From: Terriglobia bacterium
GTDB taxonomy: Bacteria; Acidobacteriota; Terriglobia; Bryobacterales; Bryobacteraceae
DNA length: 64,000 nt
Assembly (NCBI GenBank): GCA_020073365.1
Contig: JAIQFL010000010.1
Location: 145-64,144, forward strand
Reading direction: 5' to 3'
The translations under genes and the position numbers were made by a program. Of this stretch, positions 27,186 to 35,025 are shown piece after piece. Below the pieces are notes generated by a model, which worked only from the letters and a program-made list of their open reading frames with translations, did not search any database and had not been told where the DNA came from. Within the stretch, counting starts at the first letter, position 1, and each line of letters starts with the position of its first letter.

Positions 27186-27917
27186 ATGAAAGCCGCAATC
27201 CTCCAAAAACAGTTCGAATCGGTCCTAGGAGGCCACCTGGACTGGCAATCCCAACCGGTCCCGGAACGGGTTCGGACCGGCGTTTCCGAAGTCGATACCG
27301 CCACTGGCGGCCTCCCCCGCGGCTGCTTGACCGAAATCTTCGGTCCAGCCTCTTCCGGCCGCACCAGCCTGCTGGTTTCCATCCTCACCGAGGCCACCGC
27401 GCGCGACGAGGTTTGTGCCCTGGTAGATGCCGAGGATTCCTTTGACCCCGCTTCCGCCGCGGCAGCGGGAGTGCGCCTGGAACGCCTGCTTTGGGTTCGC
27501 TCCGCACACAACGCCGAGCACGCACTCAAAGCCGCCGACCTGCTGATTCAGGGCGGCGGCTTCGGACTGGTGGCCATGGACCTGGGCGACACTCCCCCCG
27601 AAACCGCGCGCCGTATCTCCCTGACCTCGTGGTTCCGCCTGCGTCGCGCGGTGGAGCACACTCCTACCGTGCTGGTGACGGTCGCCCGTCAATCGAACGC
27701 CAAAACCTGCGCGTCGCTGATCCTGGAATGCAAGCGCGAGCGGACCGCATGGTCCGGAACGCCGGCGCCCGGCTCTTCCTCCCCTGACTCCGGGTCCCCG
27801 GCCCCTGGCCCCCGGCCCCCGGCCCACGGTTACCTGCTGCGCCGCATCGGAGTGCGGGTGACGTCCAGAAACCGGAGCAAGGTATGTTCGCCTGTCTTCA
27901 CGGCAGTGGCAATCTGA
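27186..27917 (+). CDS. imuA: ImuA-like RecA-fold protein (SOS mutagenesis cassette)
   Basis: 243 aa. TGGLPRGCLTEIFGPASSGRTSLLVSIL, ALVDAEDSFDPASAAAAGV, LERLLWVR, GGFGLVAMDL. Followed by imuB. Confidence 0.75.
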   Translation: MKAAILQKQFESVLGGHLDWQSQPVPERVRTGVSEVDTATGGLPRGCLTEIFGPASSGRTSLLVSILTEATARDEVCALVDAEDSFDPASAAAAGVRLERLLWVRSAHNAEHALKAADLLIQGGGFGLVAMDLGDTPPETARRISLTSWFRLRRAVEHTPTVLVTVARQSNAKTCASLILECKRERTAWSGTPAPGSSSPDSGSPAPGPRPPAHGYLLRRIGVRVTSRNRSKVCSPVFTAVAI

Positions 27918-29128
27918 CGGCACTGGCCTTCGAATTCTCGCCCATGGTGGAGCGGACCGCTCCCGGCACCGTGACGCTGGACGCCTCGGGGCTGGACCGC
28001 CTGTTCGGCCTTCCCCAGGACGTGGCAGCAGCCATCGCCCGCCGGGCCTCCGAAGTCCAGGTGAAGGCCGGCATCGCGCTGGCCGCCAACCCCGATGCCG
28101 CCATCTGCGCCGCGCGCGGGTTCCCGGGCATCAGCGTCATCCCTTATGGCGACGAAGCCAAGTTCCTCGGCAGTTTGCCGCTGTCTCTGCTCGCGCCTTC
28201 CATGGAACTGCAGGAAACCCTGGAGCGCTGGGGCATTCGCTATTTCCAGGACTTGGCCGCCCTGCCCCCGCTGGGCATCGCCGAACGGCTCGGTCGCGAG
28301 GGATTGCAGCTTCGCGAACTGGCGCGCGGCGAAGCGGAGCGCAAACTCGTGCCGCTCGAAGATCCGCTCCGTTTCGAAGATGAAGTGGAACTGGAGTATC
28401 CGGTGGATCTTCTGGAGCCTCTCGCGTTTCTGCTATCGCGCTTGCTGAACGGTCTCGCGACGTGCCTGGCAACCCGCGCCCTGGCCACCGACGAGCTGCG
28501 GCTGCGCCTCAAGCTCGAAAACCGCGCCACGCATGAGCGCACCTTGCGGCTTCCCGTGCCGTCGCTCGACACCAAAGCATTTCTGAAGCTTTGGCAACTG
28601 GACTTGTCGGCGAACCCCCCGGCCTCACCCGTGGTGCATGTCTGGATGGGCGCAAACCCGGTGAAGCCGCAAGCCGCGCAGAGCGGCCTGTTCGTCCCGG
28701 TTACGCCCGAGCCGGTGAAACTGGAACTCACCCTGGCGCGCATCAAAGCGATTGTTGGGGCTGCGCGCGTCGGCTGTCCCGAGTTACTCGACACCCACCG
28801 CCCCGGCGCGTTCCGCATGGCTATTTTGGGGACGGGCAATGCGACGCCCAAATCCGCGGCCTGTTCCCGAACCAGGCTGGCACTGCGGATTTTTCGTCCC
28901 CCTCGCGCCGCACGCGTGGCGTTGACCTCCGGCAAGCCGGGATTCATTACGGCCGATGGCATTCGCGGGAAGGTAGTGGATCTCGCGGGCCCTTGGAGAA
29001 CATCGGGCGACTGGTGGACTACCGACCCCTGGTCGAGCGACGAATGGGACATCGCGCTTTCCGACGGCGCACTCTACCGTCTCTGCTCGAACCCCCGCGG
29101 CTGGTTCGTGGAGGGAAGTTATGATTGA
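27884..29128 (+). CDS. imuB: ImuB-like Y-family polymerase homologue
   Basis: 414 aa. The N-terminus MFACLHGSGNLTALAFEFSPMVERTAPGTVTLDASGLDRLFG is typical of ImuB. Overlaps imuA by 34 nt. Confidence 0.75.
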   Translation: MFACLHGSGNLTALAFEFSPMVERTAPGTVTLDASGLDRLFGLPQDVAAAIARRASEVQVKAGIALAANPDAAICAARGFPGISVIPYGDEAKFLGSLPLSLLAPSMELQETLERWGIRYFQDLAALPPLGIAERLGREGLQLRELARGEAERKLVPLEDPLRFEDEVELEYPVDLLEPLAFLLSRLLNGLATCLATRALATDELRLRLKLENRATHERTLRLPVPSLDTKAFLKLWQLDLSANPPASPVVHVWMGANPVKPQAAQSGLFVPVTPEPVKLELTLARIKAIVGAARVGCPELLDTHRPGAFRMAILGTGNATPKSAACSRTRLALRIFRPPRAARVALTSGKPGFITADGIRGKVVDLAGPWRTSGDWWTTDPWSSDEWDIALSDGALYRLCSNPRGWFVEGSYD

Positions 29129-29139
29129 GGCGGCCACTA

Positions 29140-29487
29140 TCAGGACAGATCCAGCGCCAGTTTGATGGCCTGTTCAATCTTCTCCAGAGCCTCCTGGCCC
29201 AGCGCGCCCAGCGGTGGGTAGACAGCTTTGGCCTTCTCGATCGTTGTCACCTGGTCGCACTTGACCCACGAATCGCGATCCAGGCCGCCTTCGCCTGCTC
29301 GAAGATTCGGCCGCAAGCGGAAGGCTTTGTGCTGCGCGGTGGAGAGCGGCACAACGCAAACATCCAGGGAATGGCGGTTCAGTGCGTTGGAGGAGATGAC
29401 CAGCGCCGGGCGCTCCTTATCGAGAGCAAACAGGCAGATTTCGCCCCGTTTGGGAAACCATCCGGCGGGAGCGACCGCTCTTTTCAC
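29140..29487 (-). CDS. PemK/MazF family toxin
   Basis: 115 aa. PKRGEICLFALDKERPALVISSNALN...VCVVPLST...SWVKCDQVTTIEK. Confidence 0.8.
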   Translation of the reverse strand: MKRAVAPAGWFPKRGEICLFALDKERPALVISSNALNRHSLDVCVVPLSTAQHKAFRLRPNLRAGEGGLDRDSWVKCDQVTTIEKAKAVYPPLGALGQEALEKIEQAIKLALDLS

Positions 29488-29492
29488 AGGTA

Positions 29493-29741
29493 TTACTCGC
29501 GCGCCCAGGACGCTCGGGATGCCGACTCAAAGGCGCGGCGCTCCGCACGATCCGCGCGGTTGGCGGCAAAGAAACCGGCAATTTCCCGCTCCAGGGCCGC
29601 GCGCTTTTCCAGATCCAAGGCAAAACGCAGCAGACGATTCACCCGCTCGCTCTCCGACAAGTCTCCTCGCGTGCGCTTCACTTCAGCGAGAATTTCCTTA
29701 TCCAGAGAAAAGGTTCTCGTGGCCTTGATCGCTGTTCGCAT
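29493..29741 (-). CDS. antitoxin partner of MazF-like toxin (RHH/MazE-like), hypothetical
   Basis: ORF trimmed to MRTAIKATRTFSLDKEILAEVKRT.... Ends 5 nt before the toxin start. 82 aa. Confidence 0.6.
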   Translation of the reverse strand: MRTAIKATRTFSLDKEILAEVKRTRGDLSESERVNRLLRFALDLEKRAALEREIAGFFAANRADRAERRAFESASRASWARE

Positions 29742-29933
29742 CGCTATTAGTGTTTCTACTACTGAAGATTGTAGCAAAGCTGTAAGCACATCCGGCCCTG
29801 CAAAAACAAAATGCGGAGAAAACGCGAATAACGGGGGAAGAAGGTTTAACCCCCGAGACGGCAGAGTCGCGAAGAGAAAAGACCGGAGTCAAATCAAAAC
29901 CGGATGGCCCCGGCCCGCTGTTGCTCCTTGGTA

Positions 29934-32165
29934 TTATTGGCCCGCAATCCTGAAGTTCACATTCACGGTGGTGGCCACTTCCACCGGGTCGCCGTTCAGC
30001 AGGGTCGGCTGGTACACCCATCGCCGGACCGCTTCGATCGCCGCGGGCGCCAGGATCGGCTGACCGCTGTCCTTGCCAAACTGGAAGGCGCGTTTGGACA
30101 GATGTTCGGCCACGAGGTCGACTTGCCGCACGGTGCCGTCCTTGGCGATCACCACGCTGAGCTGCACCACCCCGTCGATTCCGGCCTCGCGCGCCAACGG
30201 AGGATATACCGGCGGCGGCTGGCGCACCAGTTTGGCCTGTTGCACGCTTCCATCGATGATGAGCCGCGGCGGTGCGGCCGCATCGTAATGCCGACCCGGA
30301 GGAGCTGGTGGGGGTGGCGGAGGTGGCGGGGCGACTTGGTCAAAGCCTGCGGGCGGAGGCGGCGGCGGTGGAGGAGGCGGGGGCGGGCTCGGCAGTTCCG
30401 GGATCGGTCCATCCACGTCCAGGGGCTGCGCCGCCCGCTGGGGTTTCTGTGCGCGACTGCTTTGGGCGTCCCGCGCCTTGGAGAACCACATGTCGGCCTT
30501 AGCGAAGAGGTCGGCGGATTGCGCCGGGCTGTCGACGATACCCGCCTCAATGCGGTACAGAAGGTTCATGTAGGCCATGGCATCGAAATAGTCGGGGTCG
30601 AGTTCGAGCGCGACCTGCAGCATGCGGAAGCCCTCTTCGATCTGGCCCATGTGCCCGGTACGAACTTTCAGGCGCAGATCTGCATCGGGGATGATTCCGC
30701 TGAGGTCCTGCGGTTTCATGCCGGCAGCCGCCCGCGCGCTGGCATAGTCGGGATAGGTCATCACCCAGTCGAGGAAGGCCGCGGAATAGTAGGCGCTCTT
30801 GTCTGTGGCGTCGGCCTGGATGGCCTTCAACGCCCACTCGTGCGCTTCGGCGAACTGGCGGGTGATGGTGGATAGAGACAGCATGGCCTGGATGGCCTGC
30901 CGATTGCCGGGGTCGCGCGTCAGGACGTCGAGATATTGCTGCCGGGCGCGAGCGGCGATCGGGGCGCCGGCATCGGTCCCCGGGATGTATTCCTGCAGCA
31001 AGGTGTTTGCCAGGAGCAGCTTGGCTTTCAGATTGTCGGGCTCGATTTTGACAGCGTTTTCGAACTGCTCGGCCGCGGCCTTGAAATCGCCGCGATTGTA
31101 AGCGGCCTCGGCCTGTTTCATGACACCGTGGGCCGCTCCCTGGGCGCGAGCGGTGAGCGCAAGGGTGGAAGCGACGACGGCCGAGAGCGCCAGCGCCGAA
31201 AGTCCGGTCACCAGCATCAGGCGCGCGCGCCTCAGGTTTCGGGCGGGCCGCTCGACCAGGCGCCGGATGCGCTCTTCGAGGATATCGCCATCGAATACGC
31301 CCAGCGTATAGCCGGGCTGAGGCAGCGCGGTCATCCCGGCGGCGATGCTCATCATGGACCGGGCGTAGACGCCGGCATCGATCAGGCGATGGGTGACCAG
31401 CTCATCGCACGCCATTTCGCGGGTGCGCTCGATGCCGCGCCGGATCAGCCAGGCTGCCGGGTGAAAACTGACCGGCAGGTGGAGAAGCTCATAGAGAAGG
31501 TTGCAGGCGAAGTCGCGCCGGGCGATGTGCGCCATCTCGTGACCGATGGCGGTAGTAAGCACGTCCTCGGACGGCTCGGCGAGCAGGGACTCCGGCAAGA
31601 TGATAGTGCCGCCGGCGGTGATCGGACCGGAAACCTGCGCGGAGAAGAGAAGTTCCACGCCGCTCAGGCCAAAGGTATCCTGGCAGCGGCTCCGCACGCG
31701 TTCGAGCCTTTCCGGAATTGTGATGGCGAGCGCACGGCGGAGGATCTGGACTGTGCGTATGGATGCCCATCCGAGCCGGGCGAGGCGGAAGAGGACAAAT
31801 AGGAACCAGGCGCCCAACAGGGCGGCCACCGTAGTTTCAGCGAAGGCGATGGTTCTGGAAGCCGGCGCGCCCGAAGGCGCGTGTGTCGCCTGTGCAGGCA
31901 GCGCCCCCGCCGACTTCGCGCTGGAGATGTCAGGCGGCGGCAACGAGACCGCGAATTGCGTGGTAGCCCTCGGTGCACCGGCGCGGACGCTGGCCACGGG
32001 CAGCAAGAGCGCCGCGGCAAGAGCTGCCACCCAGACGGAATGCCTGTAGATGGCTGGGCCGTTGCGCATCAACCGGCAGGCCAGCGCGGCCACGGCGGCA
32101 GCCAGGGGAATCTGCCAGAGGGAATTGAGTAAGAAAGTAAGCTGAAAGCGGCTAATCGTTTCCAT
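29934..32165 (-). CDS. BlaR1-like M56 peptidase sensor fused to TPR region, polyproline linker and TonB C-terminal domain
   Basis: 743 aa. TM N-terminus, HEMAHIARRD (HExxH). TPR-like helical region, PSPPPPPPPPPPPPAG...PPPPPPPPAPPG. C-terminus PVYPPLAREAGIDGVVQLSVVIAKDGTV...PTLLNGDPVEV. Overlaps the blaI stop. Confidence 0.85.
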   Translation of the reverse strand: METISRFQLTFLLNSLWQIPLAAAVAALACRLMRNGPAIYRHSVWVAALAAALLLPVASVRAGAPRATTQFAVSLPPPDISSAKSAGALPAQATHAPSGAPASRTIAFAETTVAALLGAWFLFVLFRLARLGWASIRTVQILRRALAITIPERLERVRSRCQDTFGLSGVELLFSAQVSGPITAGGTIILPESLLAEPSEDVLTTAIGHEMAHIARRDFACNLLYELLHLPVSFHPAAWLIRRGIERTREMACDELVTHRLIDAGVYARSMMSIAAGMTALPQPGYTLGVFDGDILEERIRRLVERPARNLRRARLMLVTGLSALALSAVVASTLALTARAQGAAHGVMKQAEAAYNRGDFKAAAEQFENAVKIEPDNLKAKLLLANTLLQEYIPGTDAGAPIAARARQQYLDVLTRDPGNRQAIQAMLSLSTITRQFAEAHEWALKAIQADATDKSAYYSAAFLDWVMTYPDYASARAAAGMKPQDLSGIIPDADLRLKVRTGHMGQIEEGFRMLQVALELDPDYFDAMAYMNLLYRIEAGIVDSPAQSADLFAKADMWFSKARDAQSSRAQKPQRAAQPLDVDGPIPELPSPPPPPPPPPPPPAGFDQVAPPPPPPPPAPPGRHYDAAAPPRLIIDGSVQQAKLVRQPPPVYPPLAREAGIDGVVQLSVVIAKDGTVRQVDLVAEHLSKRAFQFGKDSGQPILAPAAIEAVRRWVYQPTLLNGDPVEVATTVNVNFRIAGQ

Positions 32166-32553
32166 GTTCTTCCTCCCGCGGGCGCTCCAGCAGCTTTTGA
32201 ATCTGCGCGAGTTTTTCCGGGGTCAAGTGTCGGGTTTCCACCAGGTTCAGCACGAGGCTATCGGCGGAACCTCCAAAAAAACGGTCGAGCATGTCGCCGA
32301 CCGCCTGCGTAACGGCTTTCTGGCGGCTGAGCACGGGACGGTACACAAAGGCACGGTCCTTCAGCCGTCGTTTGACCTTGCCCTTGCGGTCAAGGACGTT
32401 CAGCATGGTCTGCACCGTGGTGTAGGCCAGCTCGCGGCCTTTGATATGGGCCTGGACCGTCTGCACGTTGGCGGGTCCGGTTTCCCACAGAACGCTCATG
32501 ATCTCCAGTTCCAAAGGCGTGAGCGGCTGCTCGGGACTTTTGCGTCTGGGCAA
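32152..32553 (-). CDS. blaI: BlaI/MecI/CopY family transcriptional repressor
   Basis: 133 aa. LTPLELEIMSVLWETGPANVQTVQAHIKGRELAYTTVQTMLNVLDRKG (winged helix). TTG start preceded by AGGAGGAGAAG. Confidence 0.85.
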   Translation of the reverse strand: MPRRKSPEQPLTPLELEIMSVLWETGPANVQTVQAHIKGRELAYTTVQTMLNVLDRKGKVKRRLKDRAFVYRPVLSRQKAVTQAVGDMLDRFFGGSADSLVLNLVETRHLTPEKLAQIQKLLERPREEEHGND

Positions 32554-32561
32554 CTTCTCCT

Positions 32562-32617
32562 CCTAAACAATTAGGAGCATACGCCCGAAAAACGGGGTTT
32601 GTCAACTAAAACTTTAG
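32562..32617 (-). promoter_or_regulatory. candidate blaI-blaR1 promoter flanked by two short inverted repeats
   Basis: Minus strand: TTGACA (32605-32600), 18-nt spacer, TATGCT (32581-32576). CTAAA-N2-TTTAG at 32606-32617 and CCTAA-N4-TTAGG at 32562-32575. Confidence 0.35.
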
Positions 32618-32759
32618 GACACCAGAACCTGGCATGCGTATCGATCGCTCCATGTACAACTCGGTGGGCACTCCGCCTCCCACCAGTGCGGCGGTTGGGT
32701 CTTTCGACTCACGAACGCTACGCGCAGTTCACCGCCAAACTCGGTTTCCCGCCAGGCAG

Positions 32760-33272
32760 CTATCCGCCCTGCGCGTCGTGGGTGCCGACCCCGGCCAGTT
32801 CCTCTATTTTCGTGCCGTGACAGTCGATCCGCTGCGGCACGGCTGCGCGCATGTTCACCTGATCCTCGGTGGCGCGATGCTCCGCCTCGACGGCCGCCGT
32901 CCGGACCGTGGGTTGCGCGGCCTCGTCCATGATCGCGCGCAACGCCTCTTCCAGGGGCGCCGTCAGCGATTCCAGTTCCGGCCGGTGCAGGATCCGGCAG
33001 AATTCGCGAGGGGAAATGGTCTCCAGGTTCACGGCATTGCCGTGAGCGCAGGCCGCGATGCGGCAGGGCAAGAAGGCGGCAAACCTGGTATCCGAGGCCA
33101 GCAGCGGGGCGTACAGGTCGGACAGGCACAGGGTAAACGTAAATGCCTCGGCGGCCATGCGAGAGGCGGAGAGAACGCTGCCGCCATGCAGCGCGGCCGC
33201 GCGCCGCAACCCGATTTCGATCTGATCCAAACGATGGATGGAACGTGTCTGCAGCATATGTTGAACCTCCAA
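32760..33272 (-). CDS. DUF302-like domain protein with C-terminal extension
   Basis: 170 aa. FTFTLCLSDLYAPLLASDTRFAAFLPCRIAACAHGNAVNLETISP resembles the DUF302 core. Last gene of the lyase/LeuCD/IPMDH-like operon, 20 nt gap. Confidence 0.55.
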   Translation of the reverse strand: MEVQHMLQTRSIHRLDQIEIGLRRAAALHGGSVLSASRMAAEAFTFTLCLSDLYAPLLASDTRFAAFLPCRIAACAHGNAVNLETISPREFCRILHRPELESLTAPLEEALRAIMDEAAQPTVRTAAVEAEHRATEDQVNMRAAVPQRIDCHGTKIEELAGVGTHDAQGG

Positions 33273-33292
33273 AGCTCAGTAGGCTTGGCCGG

Positions 33293-34429
33293 TTAACGCC
33301 GGCTGACAGGCGACAGAAGACGATCGTCTGTCCCACAATGCAGGGACTCGGCAACGCCGTGGGCGATGTCCATGGTTCCGGCACTACCGCCCATATCGTA
33401 AGTCCTCACCTTGCCGCGCTCGATGAGTTGAGCCACGGCGCTCTCGATGTTGCGCGCGATCTGGACCTCGCCCAGCCATTCCACCATCATCTTGGCGGCC
33501 AGGATACCGGCCAGCGGGTTGACCTTGTTCAGGCCCGCGTACTTCGGCGCAGAGCCGTGGGTGGGTTCAAAAACGGCGTAGGTATCGCCGATGTTGCCGC
33601 TGTAGGCGAAGCCCATGCCGCCCACCAGTTGCGCGGCCAGGTCCGACAGAATATCGCCAAACAGGTTGGTGGTGACGATGACATCGTAGTTCTGCGGGTT
33701 CTTCACCAGCCACATGCCCATGGCGTCGACATTGGCCGTGTCGAACTGGATCTGCGGGTAGCGCGCCGCCACCTCCTGGGCGGCCTCCAGGAAAACGCCG
33801 CAGGTGGCCCGCAGCACGTTGGCCTTGTGGACCGCCGTCACTCTGCGCCGCCGGTGCTTCACGGCGTACTGGAAGGCCGCCTCCACAATCCGGCGGGAGG
33901 CCTTGCGGGTCACACTGCGGATGGAAATGGCGGCGTCGGCGGGGAGCCGTTCGATGGCCGGCTCGGCGTAGAAGCTCTCGGGGACCTTGGGGAACTCCAC
34001 CCCGATGTACATGCCCTCGGTATTCTCCCGGAAGACCACCAGGTCAATGTCTTCGCGGTAGTTCAGGGGGTTGCCCCGCCATGCCCGGCAGGGACGCAGG
34101 CATACGTAGAGGTCGAGCAACTGCCGCATGCGAACGATGGGGCTGCGATAGGTCAGTCCTCTGTACTGCAACTCGGGCGCGAGCTCGCGTTTGGCGTCTG
34201 CAACGGGTTTCGAAGTGATGGCGCCGAAGAAGGCGCAGTGGGTGGTCCGCAGAAGCTCCAGGGTGCGGGGAGGCAAGGGATCGCCCTCCTTGCACCAGAA
34301 CTCCCATCCAATATCGCCGGCGAGGTATTCGGCCTCGAACCCGGCGGCATCCAGAACCAAGCGGGCGGCATCCGACACTTCCTGGCCGATGCCGTCACCG
34401 GGGAGCCAGGCGATTCGGTATTTGCTCAT
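33293..34429 (-). CDS. isopropylmalate/isocitrate dehydrogenase family beta-decarboxylating dehydrogenase
   Basis: ORF 33293..34675 trimmed to MSKYRIAWLPGDGIGQEV (ATG 34427-34429). VVFRENTEGMY, NLFGDILSDLAAQLVGGMG, FEPTHGSAPKYAG. The last 14 codons are encoded by a family A1 repeat. Confidence 0.85.
   Translation of the reverse strand: MSKYRIAWLPGDGIGQEVSDAARLVLDAAGFEAEYLAGDIGWEFWCKEGDPLPPRTLELLRTTHCAFFGAITSKPVADAKRELAPELQYRGLTYRSPIVRMRQLLDLYVCLRPCRAWRGNPLNYREDIDLVVFRENTEGMYIGVEFPKVPESFYAEPAIERLPADAAISIRSVTRKASRRIVEAAFQYAVKHRRRRVTAVHKANVLRATCGVFLEAAQEVAARYPQIQFDTANVDAMGMWLVKNPQNYDVIVTTNLFGDILSDLAAQLVGGMGFAYSGNIGDTYAVFEPTHGSAPKYAGLNKVNPLAGILAAKMMVEWLGEVQIARNIESAVAQLIERGKVRTYDMGGSAGTMDIAHGVAESLHCGTDDRLLSPVSRR
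33312..33336 (-). repeat. family A1 repeat, short variant (GTGGGACAGACGATCGTCTTCTGTC)
   Basis: Lies inside the 3' end of the IPMDH-like ORF and encodes ...CGTDDRLLS.... Confidence 0.65.
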
Positions 34430-34452
34430 GAGATCTCCATGGGTCGGGGCCC

Positions 34453-34510
34453 GACAGACGACGAAAAACGATCGTCTGTCCCACTGGGACGATCGTCTGT
34501 CCCACTGTCC
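34453..34510 (-). repeat. family A1 repeats, one full 32-nt unit plus a 21-nt partial unit in tandem
   Basis: Minus strand after the leuD-like stop: TAG-cgggaca-GTGGGACAGACGATCGTCCCA-GTGGGACAGACGATCGTTTTTCGTCGTCTGTC. Stem GACAGACGA/TCGTCTGTC. Confidence 0.7.
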
Positions 34511-34512
34511 CG

Positions 34513-35025
34513 CTACGCGGCATATTTGCGTTTCAGGTAGGGGATGAGGCCGCCAGCTTCCAGCAAGGCGACGGCCCGCGGATCGAGCGCAGCGGCTCGG
34601 ATGACGCGGTTCCCGGTCAGGTTGCGGATCTCGCCACCGGTGAGATCGATTTCCAACTCGTCCCCCGCGGAGCACGCCAGGCTGGCGCCGGGCGACACCA
34701 CGGCGGGTAGCCCCAGATTTACGGCATTGCGGTAGAAGATACGGGCAAACGAGCTGGCGATCACCGCGCCGGCGCCGGCAAACTTCAGCGCCGCAGCGGC
34801 CTGTTCGCGACTCGAGCCGCAGCCGAAGTTCTTCGCCGCCACCAGGAACTCACCGGGACGGAGATTCGCCCGAATATCCGGATATGCCAGCTCAAAGAGG
34901 TGCTCGGCGGTCTTCTCCCGGTCCGTGATGTTCAAATAACGGCCGGGATAGATGAGATCGGTATCGATGTTGTCGCCCAGGACGGCGGCCACGCGGCCGC
35001 GCAGTATTAAACTTCCATCAGGCAT
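34513..35025 (-). CDS. aconitase-family hydro-lyase small subunit (LeuD type 2-like)
   Basis: 170 aa. GDNIDTDLIYPGRYL, NFGCGSSREQAAAALKFAGAGAVIASSFARIFYRNAVNLGLP. Confidence 0.85.
   Translation of the reverse strand: MPDGSLILRGRVAAVLGDNIDTDLIYPGRYLNITDREKTAEHLFELAYPDIRANLRPGEFLVAAKNFGCGSSREQAAAALKFAGAGAVIASSFARIFYRNAVNLGLPAVVSPGASLACSAGDELEIDLTGGEIRNLTGNRVIRAAALDPRAVALLEAGGLIPYLKRKYAA

Noticed and set aside
29129-29933. Searched downstream of imuB for dnaE2
   Set aside because: Only a convergent MazEF-like pair and the end of the blaR1-like gene are present. No polymerase-sized ORF exists there.
34453-34510. Tandem repeat considered as a mini CRISPR array
   Set aside because: There are only two directly abutting units with no spacers. 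The units are palindromic REP-like elements also found singly elsewhere, and no cas genes are present.
33143-34540. 465-aa plus-strand ORF
   Set aside because: It is antisense to the IPMDH-like gene, which has clear family motifs.
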